From Candidatus Methanoperedenaceae archaeon (lineage in GTDB: Archaea > Halobacteriota > Methanosarcinia > Methanosarcinales > Methanoperedenaceae), in assembly GCA_963753595.1 (NCBI GenBank), contig CAVWCX010000024.1:1-64000 (forward strand): a stretch of 64,000 nt of DNA, read 5' to 3'. Both the position numbers and the translations under genes were made by a program. Positions 51,100 through 62,259 of the stretch are shown here, in pieces. Each line of letters starts with the position of its first letter. Position 1 is the first letter of the stretch. A model generated the notes under the pieces. That model saw only the letters and a program-made list of their open reading frames with translations, was not told where the DNA came from and did not search any database.

Positions 51100-51360
51100 G
51101 TGATTCATTACCCTGTTATACCTAATTATACCCTGTTAGGGTATGATTTGAGGGAAGTGATTGATATGGCATTACTTGAATCCAGAAATGAGAGGGTAAA
51201 ACTACTCAAAAAAGGGATCACAGGCAAGCAAATAGAGACACTGTATGTTATTCTCAATTCCCTTGATGTCGTGACTGTAGACTGGCAGGATAAAGAAATT
51301 ATTAGCAAAGACCGGAGTAAGAAGGGGCAAACTCATAGAGATGGATCGGAAACATCTTAA
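51100..51360 (+). CDS. Hypothetical protein
   Basis: 86-aa ORF, likely starting at MALLES after a GAGG SD. Confidence 0.5.
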   Translation: MIHYPVIPNYTLLGYDLREVIDMALLESRNERVKLLKKGITGKQIETLYVILNSLDVVTVDWQDKEIISKDRSKKGQTHRDGSETS

Positions 51361-51447
51361 GCTTGGGTCACACCTTGTATATCGAATAAACCTGTAATTT
51401 AAAAACGGCGCAAAGTATATCTCATAGAATTAAGAAGTTAGGACGTT

Positions 51448-52344
51448 ATGCAACTTGAAAATCTCAGACACGGCACGGAACTTTTAAAACGCGGTTTTGC
51501 AAAAATGCAAAAAGGCGGCGTTATTATGGATGTCACAACTCCCGAAGAAGCGATTATTGCAGAAAAAGCCGGGGCTGTTGCTGTTATGGCGCTGCACCAG
51601 GTTCCTGCTGACATAAGAAAATCCGGGGGAGTTGCCAGGATGGCTGACCCGCAGGTTATTTCGGCAATTATTGATGCTGTGACCATACCTGTTATGGCAA
51701 AGGCAAGAATAGGGCATTTTGTTGAGGCAGAAATTATTGAAGCGCTCGGAGTTGACATGATAGATGAGTCTGAGGTACTGACACCTGCTGATGAGTTGTA
51801 CCATATCGACAAAACAAAATTCACAATACCTTTTGTATGCGGAGCCCGTGACCTCGGTGAGGCGCTTAGAAGGATCAACGAAGGCGCAGCTATGATAAGA
51901 ACAAAAGGTGAAGCTGGAACTGGCGATGTGAAAGAAGCGGTCCGGCATATGCGTGCCATCATGGGCGCCGTGCGGGAGTTAAAAGGCAAAGGCTCAGAGG
52001 AATTGATAGCAGTTGCCCGAAAAATTGAAGCGCCGATCGAGCTTGTAATAGAGACTGCCAGGCTCCAGAGACTTCCTGTCGTAAACTTCGCTGCTGGCGG
52101 AATAGCCACACCTGCAGATGCGGCTTTAATGATGCGTCTTGGGGCAGATGGTGTTTTTGTGGGTTCAGGGATCTTTAAGGCGGAAAATCCTGAAAAAATG
52201 GCTTCTGCAATTGTCGAAGCTGTAAATAATTATGATAACGCTTCCGAGCTTGCCAGGATATCAAAAGGACTTGGCGGTGTAATGAAAGGTATTGACATAA
52301 GGGGTCTATCTGATAAGGAAGTTCTACAGACAAGAGGATGGTAA
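51448..52344 (+). CDS. pdxS: Pyridoxal 5'-phosphate synthase subunit PdxS
   Basis: [26 protein letters not shown] and [16 protein letters not shown] motifs. Confidence 0.97.
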   Translation: MQLENLRHGTELLKRGFAKMQKGGVIMDVTTPEEAIIAEKAGAVAVMALHQVPADIRKSGGVARMADPQVISAIIDAVTIPVMAKARIGHFVEAEIIEALGVDMIDESEVLTPADELYHIDKTKFTIPFVCGARDLGEALRRINEGAAMIRTKGEAGTGDVKEAVRHMRAIMGAVRELKGKGSEELIAVARKIEAPIELVIETARLQRLPVVNFAAGGIATPADAALMMRLGADGVFVGSGIFKAENPEKMASAIVEAVNNYDNASELARISKGLGGVMKGIDIRGLSDKEVLQTRGW

Positions 52345-52576
52345 AGTCTTCCAAAATGTATAGATATTAAAAGACTTTGGTATCCATCCCATCTAAGGAC
52401 ATCTGAATCCTGTCAATATTCATATTCATAATATATTTAATACTAATTATAATATTGCCATGAAAATAGGTATGATTAAAACCACAATTATTTAATAACT
52501 AAAGTAGTTATATTAATTATATATACTGGCATCGGATCAAAAATGGGGGAAATAAAGCCGAAATCCAGAGTGAAAT

Positions 52577-54982
52577 GTGATTATGTTAGAAGATACAAGG
52601 CTGGTAAGATCAATAGAAAACCTCCTGGTGCACGATCATCTCTGTTTGATCTATGAAAATCAAAAAGAGCAGTTCGATGCCGTTATCCCGTTTATAAAGA
52701 TCGGATTGGGCAGGGGTGAAAAATGCATTTATATCGCTGATGATAACACTGCCGGGCAGGTCCTTAACGCCATGCGCGCCGACGGGATCGATGTTGAATC
52801 GGCATTGAATAAAGGCGCACTTGTTATTGCCACCAAAAAGGAGACATATCTAAAACAGGGTTATTTCGATCCTGATGAAATGATCCGGTTCCTGAAAGTT
52901 GCCACGGATTCTGCAAAAAAAGATGGATTCCCTGCTTTAAGAGTTACAGGCGAGATGACATGGGTACTTGGTAAAGATCCGGGAAGCATGCGGTTAATGG
53001 AATATGAATCAAAACTCAACCTCTTTTTCCCTGTAAATGATTGCCTTGCTATATGCCAGTATAATAAAAACCGCTTCGATCCTGATATAATAAAAAGAGT
53101 AATTAATACTCATCCATTAATCATTGCGGGGGGATTTGTCTGCAGGAATTTCTATTACATCCCTCCTGAGGAATTCCTGAATAAGGAAAAGGGATCACTT
53201 GAAGTGGAGCGCCTCCTGTCCAATCTTATTGACCGCGAAAAAGCAGAAGAGAAAATCAAGGAGGCACAAAAGGTGCTTGATCGCCAATATGCAGAAAAAT
53301 CAGAAATCTTCAATGCCATAGGGAATTTGACATTGCTCCTTGATCCGAAACACAATATATTAGCAGCAAATCGTGCCGCAGTAACCGGATTAGGAAAAAC
53401 CGAAGAAGAACTCAGGGGTAAGAAATGCTATGAATTTTTACACGGAACCAGCCAGCCCCCAGAATCCTGCCCAATGGAAAAAATGCTGCGATCCAATAGT
53501 ATGGAGACATCTGAAATGGTGGTGGAAACCCTGAATGGGACATATCTTGTATCATGCACACCGCTATTTGATGAAAAAGGTAATCTGGAGAAGGTCATCC
53601 ACATAACCACAGACATCACAGAGCGCAAGCGGGCAGAAGAGGCATTAGAGGAAAGCCAGTCAAGATTCAAAAGCATCTACCAGCAGTCGCCTTTAGCAAT
53701 AGAACTGTATGATTCAAAGGGTTTACTGATCGATGCAAATCCCAAATGCCTGGAAATGTTTGGTGTGAGTGATATCCATAAAATCATTGGATTCAGGCTT
53801 TTTGATGATCCAAATATCTCAGATGAGCTTAAAATGAAAATTGGCCATGGGGAAGTAGTAACGTTTGAAAGCGAATTTGATTTTGATGCTGTAAAAAAAA
53901 TGGGGCTGTATGAGACCTCCAGATCCGGCCGGATTTATATTGATTGTACAGTATCCCCCTGGAAAATTGCAGACACTGCCCGGGGGTTTCTGGTGCATGT
54001 CGTGGATATCACACAGCGCAAGCTGATGGAAAAAGCGTTGCAGAAGAGTGAGAAAAAATACCGCACTATTGTTGAGACTACCAATGAAGGCATCTGGATG
54101 CTGGACGCATCATCGAAAACGAGCTATGTAAATTCGCGGATGGCTCAAATGCTCGGCTATGAGCCGGAGGAAATGCTCGGTAAGTATTTATTAGATTTTA
54201 TGGATGCTGATGCGCGCATTGATGCGCAAAAGTATCTGCAAAGACGTAAAGAGGGAATTAAAGAAGATCATGATTTCAGGTTTTCCAGGAAAGATGGAAC
54301 AGACCTGTGGACTATTATCTCCACAAGTCCGGTATTTGACGATAAAGGACACTATGTTGGAGCATTGGGGATGATGGTTACTGATATCTCGCAGAGAAAG
54401 CAGACAGAAGAGAAGTTGAAACAGAGTGAAGAGAAATTCAGGCAGCTTACTGAAAAGTCTATTGTCGGCATCTACATCATCCAGGATGGAAAAATGACCT
54501 ATGTCAATCCAAGCTGTGCAAAAGTATTCGGGTATTCATCTGAAGAAATCAATGGAAAGCTCAGTCCTGAAGATCTAATACACCCTGACGATATCAAGGT
54601 TGTTATGAGAAAAATGAAGGAAAGGCTGGAAGGTAAAATCGAAATAACTAATGATGTATATAAGGCCCTAAGAAAAGACGGTTCCCTGATCTATATTGAA
54701 GTCTATGGCATGGTGATCGATTATCAGGGCAGTCCTGCTGTGATGGGAACTTTGATAGATATCACCCAGCGCAAAAAGATAGACGAGGAACTAAAGAAAC
54801 ACCGCGAGCATCTCGAAGAACTGGTCAAAGAGCGCACCCTGGAGTTGAATCAGAAGAATGAAGAACTTGAAAAGTTTAACAAGCTCTTTGTGGGGCGGGA
54901 ACTTCGGATGATGGAACTTAAAAAGAGGATCGAAGAACTTGAAAAAAAGATAGGTTCACCTGAAAACACAAAGGTGACTTGA
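52577..54982 (+). CDS. MEDS + 4xPAS sensory protein with C-terminal coiled coil (no kinase domain)
   Basis: HDHLCLIY..RVTGEMTW..YE..LAICQY MEDS domain; four PAS/PAC units ending DITERK-like; ends FVGRELRMMELKK. Confidence 0.88.
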   Translation: MIMLEDTRLVRSIENLLVHDHLCLIYENQKEQFDAVIPFIKIGLGRGEKCIYIADDNTAGQVLNAMRADGIDVESALNKGALVIATKKETYLKQGYFDPDEMIRFLKVATDSAKKDGFPALRVTGEMTWVLGKDPGSMRLMEYESKLNLFFPVNDCLAICQYNKNRFDPDIIKRVINTHPLIIAGGFVCRNFYYIPPEEFLNKEKGSLEVERLLSNLIDREKAEEKIKEAQKVLDRQYAEKSEIFNAIGNLTLLLDPKHNILAANRAAVTGLGKTEEELRGKKCYEFLHGTSQPPESCPMEKMLRSNSMETSEMVVETLNGTYLVSCTPLFDEKGNLEKVIHITTDITERKRAEEALEESQSRFKSIYQQSPLAIELYDSKGLLIDANPKCLEMFGVSDIHKIIGFRLFDDPNISDELKMKIGHGEVVTFESEFDFDAVKKMGLYETSRSGRIYIDCTVSPWKIADTARGFLVHVVDITQRKLMEKALQKSEKKYRTIVETTNEGIWMLDASSKTSYVNSRMAQMLGYEPEEMLGKYLLDFMDADARIDAQKYLQRRKEGIKEDHDFRFSRKDGTDLWTIISTSPVFDDKGHYVGALGMMVTDISQRKQTEEKLKQSEEKFRQLTEKSIVGIYIIQDGKMTYVNPSCAKVFGYSSEEINGKLSPEDLIHPDDIKVVMRKMKERLEGKIEITNDVYKALRKDGSLIYIEVYGMVIDYQGSPAVMGTLIDITQRKKIDEELKKHREHLEELVKERTLELNQKNEELEKFNKLFVGRELRMMELKKRIEELEKKIGSPENTKVT

Positions 54983-55012
54983 AATAATGAAATATGGGGT
55001 TAGTGAATAGGA

Positions 55013-55489
55013 ATGAGAAATGAAATAAAACAAAACCAGCTTGTTGTTTTTTCGATAGATGAGCATCGATATGCTCTCCCCCTCTTTACCGTAGAAAGGA
55101 TCGTCCGCGCGGTTGAGGTAACTCCCCTGCCAAAAGCGCCGGAAATGGTCACTGGAATTGTCAATGTGCAGGGACAGATAATTCCGGTCTTGAGTCTTCG
55201 CCAGCGCTTTGGCTTACCCGTCCGGGAAATTGGACTGAATGACCAGTTAATTGTTACACGCACAAAAAAACGCTATATCGCATTTATAATAGACGCTGCC
55301 ATCGATGTGGTCGAATTCCCGGAAAATGAGGTTATCCAGGCTGAGGAAATTCTCCCGGACATGGAATATGTCCTTGGATTAATAAAACAGGATGACGGCT
55401 TGATCCATATCCTGGACATCGATTCAATTCTTTCCTCAGGAGAGGGCGGATCGCTGGATATCGCAATGGATACAGGAGGTAAAACCTGA
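55013..55489 (+). CDS. cheW: CheW (WspB-like)
   Basis: VTPLPKAP..GIVNVQGQIIPV motif. Confidence 0.9.
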   Translation: MRNEIKQNQLVVFSIDEHRYALPLFTVERIVRAVEVTPLPKAPEMVTGIVNVQGQIIPVLSLRQRFGLPVREIGLNDQLIVTRTKKRYIAFIIDAAIDVVEFPENEVIQAEEILPDMEYVLGLIKQDDGLIHILDIDSILSSGEGGSLDIAMDTGGKT

Positions 55490-56985
55490 TGTCCGGGATT
55501 TCAGAAAGCCTTCTCGCACAACTTGCTGGTTTTGTCGGCGCTCGCACAGGTTTACATTTTGAAAAGGAACGCATGAATGATCTCGAAAATAGAATTAAAT
55601 CTGCCGCAGCCGATTATGGCTTCAAGGACGTTGAAGAATGCATCAAATGGCTCGTTACTTCACCTTTGACAAAGCAGGAAATTGAGATACTTGCAAGCCA
55701 TCTTACAGTTGGAGAAACATATTTCTTCCGGGAAATAAGATCTTTTGAAATTCTTGAAAGAGATATATTTCCCACGCTGATCCGCTCCCGTATTGGAAAT
55801 GAAAAGCAAATGAGGATATGGAGCGCAGGTTGTGCCACAGGCGAAGAACCGTATTCTATTGCAATGTTGCTCAAAAAAATGATCCCGGATCAAAAGGATT
55901 GGAGCATTACCATTTTAGCTACAGATATTAATCCTCATTTCCTGCAAAAAGCCCGGGATGGCTTTTACAGGGAATGGTCGTTCCGTGATAGTCCTGGATG
56001 GATCAGGAAGTATTTTGAAAAAACAAAAGAGGGATACGGGATCCTTCCGGAAATAAAGGATATGGTGACATTTTCTTATCATAACCTCGCAGAAGACTCA
56101 TATCCGACACTGCTGAACAATACGAATGCTATGGACATTATCCTTTGCCGGAATGTATTGATGTATTTCTCGCATGAGCGTACAAAGCAGGTTGTCCGGG
56201 CTTTTTACCAATGCCTTGTGGACAATGGCTGGCTTGTAGTAAGCCCTGTCGAAGCTTCCGATGTCCTGTTTTCACAATATGCAACCGTAAATTTCAAAGA
56301 TGCGATCTTCTACAGGAAAGATATCAGTAAGTCCCGGGAGAAAGAAGAATTTATTCCAGATGAGATTCGCTATCCTGTGCATGAGGAAACCTGGATTGCC
56401 CCGGTTGCGCTTGTTCCTGAACAGCCCCTTGCAGCCCCTGGAAAAAAAACAGGGCCTGTCACAAAGGAGCGAAAAATAACAGGACAGGAAACAGCCTATA
56501 ATAAGGCCATATTGCTTTACGGGCAGGGAAAATATAAGCAGGTAATTGAACTGCTTGAGGGCCTGCCAGCACCCGATACAAAAACCATGGTTCTTTTAGC
56601 AAAAGCCTTTGCAAACTCCGGGAAATCAGCCAGGGCGCTTGAGTGGTGTGAAAAAGCTCTCGTAATTGACAAACTTAATTCAAGCTCCAATTATCTCCAT
56701 GCCATGATATTGCAGGAGCGCGGGCAGGTTGAAGAAGTGGTTAAATCGCTAAAACGCGCGCTTTATCTTGACCAGGATTTCATCCTTGTACATTTTGCCC
56801 TGGGGAATCTTGGCAGGCAGCTTGGAAAAACCAGGGAATCGAACAGGCATTTTGAGAATGCGCTTCTTCTTTTAAAGAGGTGGAAGTACGATGAAGTCCT
56901 GCCCGAATCAGAAGGTATCACTGCCGGCCGTCTCTCTGAGATCATAACGACAATTAAAGGAAAGGAGATTTTACATGAACGGTAG
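55489..56985 (+). CDS. cheR: CheR methyltransferase with TPR tail (WspC-like)
   Basis: GETYFFRE, WSAGCATGEEPYS and ILCRNVLMYF motifs; C-terminal TPRs. Confidence 0.92.
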   Translation: MSGISESLLAQLAGFVGARTGLHFEKERMNDLENRIKSAAADYGFKDVEECIKWLVTSPLTKQEIEILASHLTVGETYFFREIRSFEILERDIFPTLIRSRIGNEKQMRIWSAGCATGEEPYSIAMLLKKMIPDQKDWSITILATDINPHFLQKARDGFYREWSFRDSPGWIRKYFEKTKEGYGILPEIKDMVTFSYHNLAEDSYPTLLNNTNAMDIILCRNVLMYFSHERTKQVVRAFYQCLVDNGWLVVSPVEASDVLFSQYATVNFKDAIFYRKDISKSREKEEFIPDEIRYPVHEETWIAPVALVPEQPLAAPGKKTGPVTKERKITGQETAYNKAILLYGQGKYKQVIELLEGLPAPDTKTMVLLAKAFANSGKSARALEWCEKALVIDKLNSSSNYLHAMILQERGQVEEVVKSLKRALYLDQDFILVHFALGNLGRQLGKTRESNRHFENALLLLKRWKYDEVLPESEGITAGRLSEIITTIKGKEILHER

Positions 56986-57505
56986 CATATCTCCCGAAGA
57001 TAAGAAAAAAATCCTCAGGGCAAGAGCAAGATCCCTCGCGCAACAACCCGAAAAGATGCAGGAGGATGAACATATCGAAATTGTGGAATTCCTGCTTGCA
57101 AATGAAAAATACGGCATACAGTCAATCCATGTTCGTGAGATTTATCCACTGAAGGAACTCACGCCAGTACCTTGCACGCCCCGGTTTGTTGCCGGAATTA
57201 TTAATGTCCGCGGAAAAATCCTTTCAGTCATTGATATCAAGAAATTTTTCGGGCTTCCGGAAAAGGGGAATGGAGAGCCCAACAAAGTGATCATAATTCA
57301 TGGTGAGATGATGGAATTTAGCATTCTTGCAGATGCCATTCTTGGTACAAGCCAGATACCGGTCCGGGAAATCCAGCCATCTCTTCCAACATTTGCCGGC
57401 ATACGCGCACAGTACCTGCTGGGAGTGACAAAAGAGCAGCTTGTGGTTCTTGATGCGCAGAAGATACTATTTGACAAAAAGATCGTCGTTCATGAGGAGA
57501 TTTAA
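56975..57505 (+). CDS. cheW: CheW (WspD-like)
   Basis: ILRARARSLA N-terminus; TPVPCTP..GIINVRG motif. Confidence 0.9.
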   Translation: MNGSISPEDKKKILRARARSLAQQPEKMQEDEHIEIVEFLLANEKYGIQSIHVREIYPLKELTPVPCTPRFVAGIINVRGKILSVIDIKKFFGLPEKGNGEPNKVIIIHGEMMEFSILADAILGTSQIPVREIQPSLPTFAGIRAQYLLGVTKEQLVVLDAQKILFDKKIVVHEEI

Positions 57506-57556
57506 ATATCTTATATATAAATATAAATTTGATAAATATGAGTCGGGGTTAAAACT

Positions 57557-59023
57557 ATGAATATAAGTAAGAAAATAATCGGTGGATACATCGTTGTATT
57601 GGTACTGATGATAATAGCTGTTTCAACAGGATATTATTCAATCAATGTAGTTGATAAAAATTACAACAAATTACTTGATGTCGATGAAAAGCAAATTCAA
57701 AATAGTGGCAGACTCAAGTTATTTGTGGAAGAACAAAAAGCCGATTATCGGGGCTTATTAGTTTACAGGGATGATCCAAAAACATATCTGGATTCATTGT
57801 ATGAAAGCCGTGAACTGTTCGATGATGCTCTCACCGAGGCGCAAAAATCCGAATTATCAGAAAATGATCTGGAAAGTCTTGAGATACTGAAGAACATTGC
57901 TAATCTCCAGGATAAGTTTAAACAGGAACAGGAAACAATAATCTCGCTGATCAATGCAGGGAAACGTGAAGAAGCTATTAATATCAGTAATGAGATCCGG
58001 CCTGTAAGGGCTGAATTAATAGCTGAAATTGACAAATATGTTTCCTCAAATGAGAGAAAAGAGGCAGAATCCCTTGCAAGAATCATTTCCACAAATTCAC
58101 GGCTTTCGCTCCTGATGATCGTCAGTTCGATCATAGCACTTATTGCAGGATTGGCCATTGGATTCTATATTACGCGTTCTATTAACAATCAATTGCGTGA
58201 AGCTATTACGCAAATATTCACCGCATCATCAGAAATACTGGCAACTACGACACAGCTGGCATGCAACGCTTCTGAAACTGCCACATCTGTAAATGAAACG
58301 ACAGTGACTACAGAGGAAGTAAAACAAACAACTTTACTTTCCGGTGAAAAATCCAGGTATGTATCAGAGATCGCCCAGAAAGCAGCGCAGGTTGCGCAAA
58401 AGGGAAATAATGCGATAGCACAGAATGTGGAAGCAATAGGTAAGATCAAAGGACAGACTGAGCTGGTTGCGCAAAGCATTGTAAAACTAAGTGAGCAAAG
58501 CCAGTCAATAGGGGATATTAATACAACAGTTAACGATCTGGCTGAACAGTCAAATCTCCTGGCTGTCAATGCAGCAATTGAGGCGGCAAAAGCCGGTGAA
58601 CAGGGAAAGGGGTTTGCAGTTGTAGCTGGGGAGATCAAGATACTGGCCGGGCAATCAAAGCATGCGACTGCGCAGGTGCGGTCTATACTTGCCGATATTC
58701 AGAAAGCTACGAATGCGGCTGTGATGGCTATTGAGCAGGCAAGCAAAGCAGTGGAAGCCGGGGTGAACCAGGCAACAACAGCAGGTGAATCTATACAGGA
58801 TTTAACCGAGACGATCATGGAGGCATCGCAGGCTGCCACCCAGGCTGCGGCGTCAAGCCAGCAGCAGCTTGTTGGAATAGACCAGATTTCTAAAGCCATG
58901 GAAAACATAAAACAGGCAACCCAGCAAAATGCAGTTGGCACCAGGCAGGCAGAAAAAGCAGCCCAGAACCTCAACGAACTTGGAAGGACACTGAAAAATG
59001 TAGTGGAGGATAGTAAAGCTTGA
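57557..59023 (+). CDS. Methyl-accepting chemotaxis protein (WspA-like)
   Basis: Two TMs flanking a four-helix sensor; LAEQSNLLAVNAAIEAAKAGEQGKGFAVVA motif. Confidence 0.94.
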   Translation: MNISKKIIGGYIVVLVLMIIAVSTGYYSINVVDKNYNKLLDVDEKQIQNSGRLKLFVEEQKADYRGLLVYRDDPKTYLDSLYESRELFDDALTEAQKSELSENDLESLEILKNIANLQDKFKQEQETIISLINAGKREEAINISNEIRPVRAELIAEIDKYVSSNERKEAESLARIISTNSRLSLLMIVSSIIALIAGLAIGFYITRSINNQLREAITQIFTASSEILATTTQLACNASETATSVNETTVTTEEVKQTTLLSGEKSRYVSEIAQKAAQVAQKGNNAIAQNVEAIGKIKGQTELVAQSIVKLSEQSQSIGDINTTVNDLAEQSNLLAVNAAIEAAKAGEQGKGFAVVAGEIKILAGQSKHATAQVRSILADIQKATNAAVMAIEQASKAVEAGVNQATTAGESIQDLTETIMEASQAATQAAASSQQQLVGIDQISKAMENIKQATQQNAVGTRQAEKAAQNLNELGRTLKNVVEDSKA

Positions 59024-59035
59024 AGGGATCAAAGC

Positions 59036-61198
59036 ATGGATAAAAAGGAAGAAGAGTTTCTCAAGAAACTTCTCTCAACATTTAAAATCGAGGCAAAAGA
59101 GCACCTGGATGCAATAACTTCAGTCCTGATCGAGCTTGAAAAAGCTACTTCCGGAAAGGAGATGGAACTTATTGAAACGGTCTTCAGGGAAGCACACAGC
59201 CTCAAAGGTGCAGCCCGTTCCGTAAATTTAAAAGATATTGAGTCACTTTGCCAGTCAATGGAAAATATATTTGCATCGTTGAAACGCAAAGAGATTGCCC
59301 CCTCCCCACAAATATTCGACGTGCTTCATATTGCTGCTGATTATATCAGCAGACTGATAGCCAGGGAAGAAGAAATAAATATTCCAGAAAAAACTAAGAT
59401 CAAGGAAATTATCCATGACCTCGAAAGCATATTAAAAGGCGTTCCAATTCAACAACGCGAAAAGTCACTGGTTGAAGAGGAACCTGAAAAAACAGACGAA
59501 TCCCAATCCTCGCCATCGGTAGAAACTGTCAGGATCTCTACGGCAAAATTAGACTCGCTCTTATTCCAGGCAGAAGAGATGCTTTCTGTAAAACTTTCAG
59601 CAGGCCAGCAAGCAGTTATGTTGCGAGAGAGTGCAGCCTCTTTTGCAGTATGGAAAAAAGAATTTGAACATATAAAGCCCGATTTTGCGATGCATGATTT
59701 CATAAGATCACTTGAAACCAGGTTAACACTGCTTGCCAGGACCGCTGAATATGACAACAGGCACTTTGGGGGAATGGTGGACAATCTGCTTGGTGATATG
59801 AAAAGTGTGCTGATGCTGCCATTCTCATCACTTTCAGGGGGTTTCCCAAAGCTTGTCCGTGACCTTTCGCATGACAGGGGTAAAGAAGTGGAACTGATAA
59901 TTGAAGGAGAAGATATCGAAATCGACAGGCGGATCCTGGAAGAAATGAAAGACCCGCTCATTCACTTATTAAGAAATTGCATCGACCATGGCATTGAAAA
60001 GCCTGATGAACGCAGGCTTATGAAGAAAATGCCATGTGGAACCATCAGGCTTGCCTTAAATTCAAGAGATGGCAGCAAGATCGAGATCAAGATATCAGAT
60101 GATGGGGCTGGGATCGACGCTTCACTGATAAAGTCTGCTGCCATAAAGCGCGGTATCATAACCCATGAAAAAGCCGGAAAACTCAATGATGAGGAGGCTC
60201 TCTCACTTATTTTCAAGTCAGGGATTTCCACAAGCCCGATCATTACTGAAGTTTCAGGAAGGGGGCTTGGCCTTGCAATAGTTTACGAGAAAGTGGAAAA
60301 ACTGAACGGGATCGTTTCTTTCCAGACACGGGTAGGTATCGGGACAACATTCAGGATCATTGTTCCTCTTACCCTTGCTACATTCAGGGGATTATTAGTC
60401 CAGGTGAACGAACAGCTTTTTGTTCTTCCGGTGACAAATGTTGAAAGAGCGTTAAGGGTCAGGAATGACCAGATAAAAACCATGGAGAACCGCGAAACCA
60501 TTACTCTTAACGGTGAGGTCATTTCACTTGCCAGGCTTGGGAATGTCCTGGAACTTCCCGGAAAAAATAAGAGCGATCCTGATAAGAACACACAGATAGC
60601 GATCCTTGGGTCTTCCGGGAAACACATTGCGTTCACTGTGGATGAAATCCTTAACGAACAGGAAGTGCTGGTGAAAAGCCTGGGCCGGCAGCTGTCTCGT
60701 GTACGAAATATTTCCGGTGCAACTGTGCTTGGAAGCGGCAAGGTTGCGCCAATCCTGAATGTTCATGATCTACTAAAGTCAGCAGTGAAGGGATCTGATG
60801 CCGCCACACCTGTTGTGACAGAAGCAAAGACTAAAAGAAATTCTGTGCTGGTAGCGGAAGATTCGATAACATCAAGGACTTTACTTAAGAATATTCTGGA
60901 AACTGCCGGTTATGATGTCAAAACAGCGGTTGATGGTGTGGATGCTTTTACTCTATTAAAAAACCAGGAGTTTGATTTAGTGGTATCTGATGTGGATATG
61001 CCAGGGATGAACGGGTTTGAGCTCACGGCGAAGATCCGCGCCGATAAAAAGATATCAGAGCTGCCGGTTGTACTTGTTACCGCGCTTGAATCCCGTGAAC
61101 ATAAAGAGCGAGGGATAGCGGTAGGGGCAAATGCATACATCGTGAAAAGCAGTTTTGACCAGAGCAATTTGCTTGAAGTTATCCAGAGGTTGATATGA
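59036..61198 (+). CDS. cheA: Hybrid CheA-receiver histidine kinase (WspE-like)
   Basis: HPt (AHSLKGAA), HATPase (RNCIDHG, DDGAG, SGRGLGL), CheW and C-terminal REC domains. Confidence 0.94.
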   Translation: MDKKEEEFLKKLLSTFKIEAKEHLDAITSVLIELEKATSGKEMELIETVFREAHSLKGAARSVNLKDIESLCQSMENIFASLKRKEIAPSPQIFDVLHIAADYISRLIAREEEINIPEKTKIKEIIHDLESILKGVPIQQREKSLVEEEPEKTDESQSSPSVETVRISTAKLDSLLFQAEEMLSVKLSAGQQAVMLRESAASFAVWKKEFEHIKPDFAMHDFIRSLETRLTLLARTAEYDNRHFGGMVDNLLGDMKSVLMLPFSSLSGGFPKLVRDLSHDRGKEVELIIEGEDIEIDRRILEEMKDPLIHLLRNCIDHGIEKPDERRLMKKMPCGTIRLALNSRDGSKIEIKISDDGAGIDASLIKSAAIKRGIITHEKAGKLNDEEALSLIFKSGISTSPIITEVSGRGLGLAIVYEKVEKLNGIVSFQTRVGIGTTFRIIVPLTLATFRGLLVQVNEQLFVLPVTNVERALRVRNDQIKTMENRETITLNGEVISLARLGNVLELPGKNKSDPDKNTQIAILGSSGKHIAFTVDEILNEQEVLVKSLGRQLSRVRNISGATVLGSGKVAPILNVHDLLKSAVKGSDAATPVVTEAKTKRNSVLVAEDSITSRTLLKNILETAGYDVKTAVDGVDAFTLLKNQEFDLVVSDVDMPGMNGFELTAKIRADKKISELPVVLVTALESREHKERGIAVGANAYIVKSSFDQSNLLEVIQRLI

Positions 61199-62259
61199 AC
61201 GAAAAGATAAATGTCCTTGTTGTTGAAGATTCCCCGGTCGCGAGGGAATTATTAGTCCATATTCTAAGTTCTGATCCTGGAATACAGGTTATTGGTACTG
61301 CAAATAATGGGGAGGAGGCTATCAAAGCAACAAAACGCCTTTCTCCGGATGTTATCACCATGGATATTTACATGCCAAAAATGGATGGGTATGAGGCGAC
61401 CAGGAGGATAATGGAAATCCAGCCTACTCCCATAGTCATTGTGACAGCCAGCCCAAGCATAAAAGAAGTATCTATGGCAATGCGCATAATTGAAGCAGGC
61501 GCGGTTGCGGCTGAACAAAAACCAGGAGGCTCTGGTCATACAGACTATGATGCTGATGCCTCAAGATTGATCCGGACAGTTAAACTGATGTCCAGGGTAA
61601 AAGTGATAAAACGCTGGGCCAGAAGGGAAATGTTTAAACATGAAGAAGAAAGACCCGGACCATTGCCAGAACCCAGGCTCGTAGCTATAGGAGCTTCTAC
61701 GGGTGGCCCTCCTGTTCTCCGGACGATTTTATCCAGTCTCCCAAAAAATTTTCCCGTTCCGGTGTTGATAGTCCAGCACATAGCACCTAATTTTATTGAA
61801 GGTTTTGTGGAATGGCTGGGCCAGACGTCCTCCATACCTGTTCATGTAGCTACCCAGTATGCGCAAATTATTCCAGGGCATGCTTATCTTGCGCCTGATG
61901 GATTCCAGATGAAACTTGATAACTACAATAGAATATCCCTTACCGGGGATGAAACAATGAATGGTCTTCGACCTTCGGTTTCATACCTGTTTAATTCTGT
62001 TGCGAAGGTTTATGGGAGGAATGCCATAGGTATATTGCTCACAGGAATGGGAAAAGATGGGGCAAATGAGTTAAAATTATTGAAAGAAATGGGCGCGATA
62101 ACGATAGTCCAGGATATGGAAAGCTGTGTTGTTAATGGTATGCCAGGTGAAGCAATAAACCTTGATGCAGCCATATTTGTTCTTCCGCCGGAAAAAATTG
62201 CCTCTGTAGTAACAGGCCTGGTAAATAAGACGCTGGATAACCGGGGAGTTAATGTATGA
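61195..62259 (+). CDS. cheB: CheB methylesterase (WspF-like)
   Basis: REC domain + GASTGGP, VQHI and LLTGMGKDG motifs. Confidence 0.94.
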   Translation: MNEKINVLVVEDSPVARELLVHILSSDPGIQVIGTANNGEEAIKATKRLSPDVITMDIYMPKMDGYEATRRIMEIQPTPIVIVTASPSIKEVSMAMRIIEAGAVAAEQKPGGSGHTDYDADASRLIRTVKLMSRVKVIKRWARREMFKHEEERPGPLPEPRLVAIGASTGGPPVLRTILSSLPKNFPVPVLIVQHIAPNFIEGFVEWLGQTSSIPVHVATQYAQIIPGHAYLAPDGFQMKLDNYNRISLTGDETMNGLRPSVSYLFNSVAKVYGRNAIGILLTGMGKDGANELKLLKEMGAITIVQDMESCVVNGMPGEAINLDAAIFVLPPEKIASVVTGLVNKTLDNRGVNV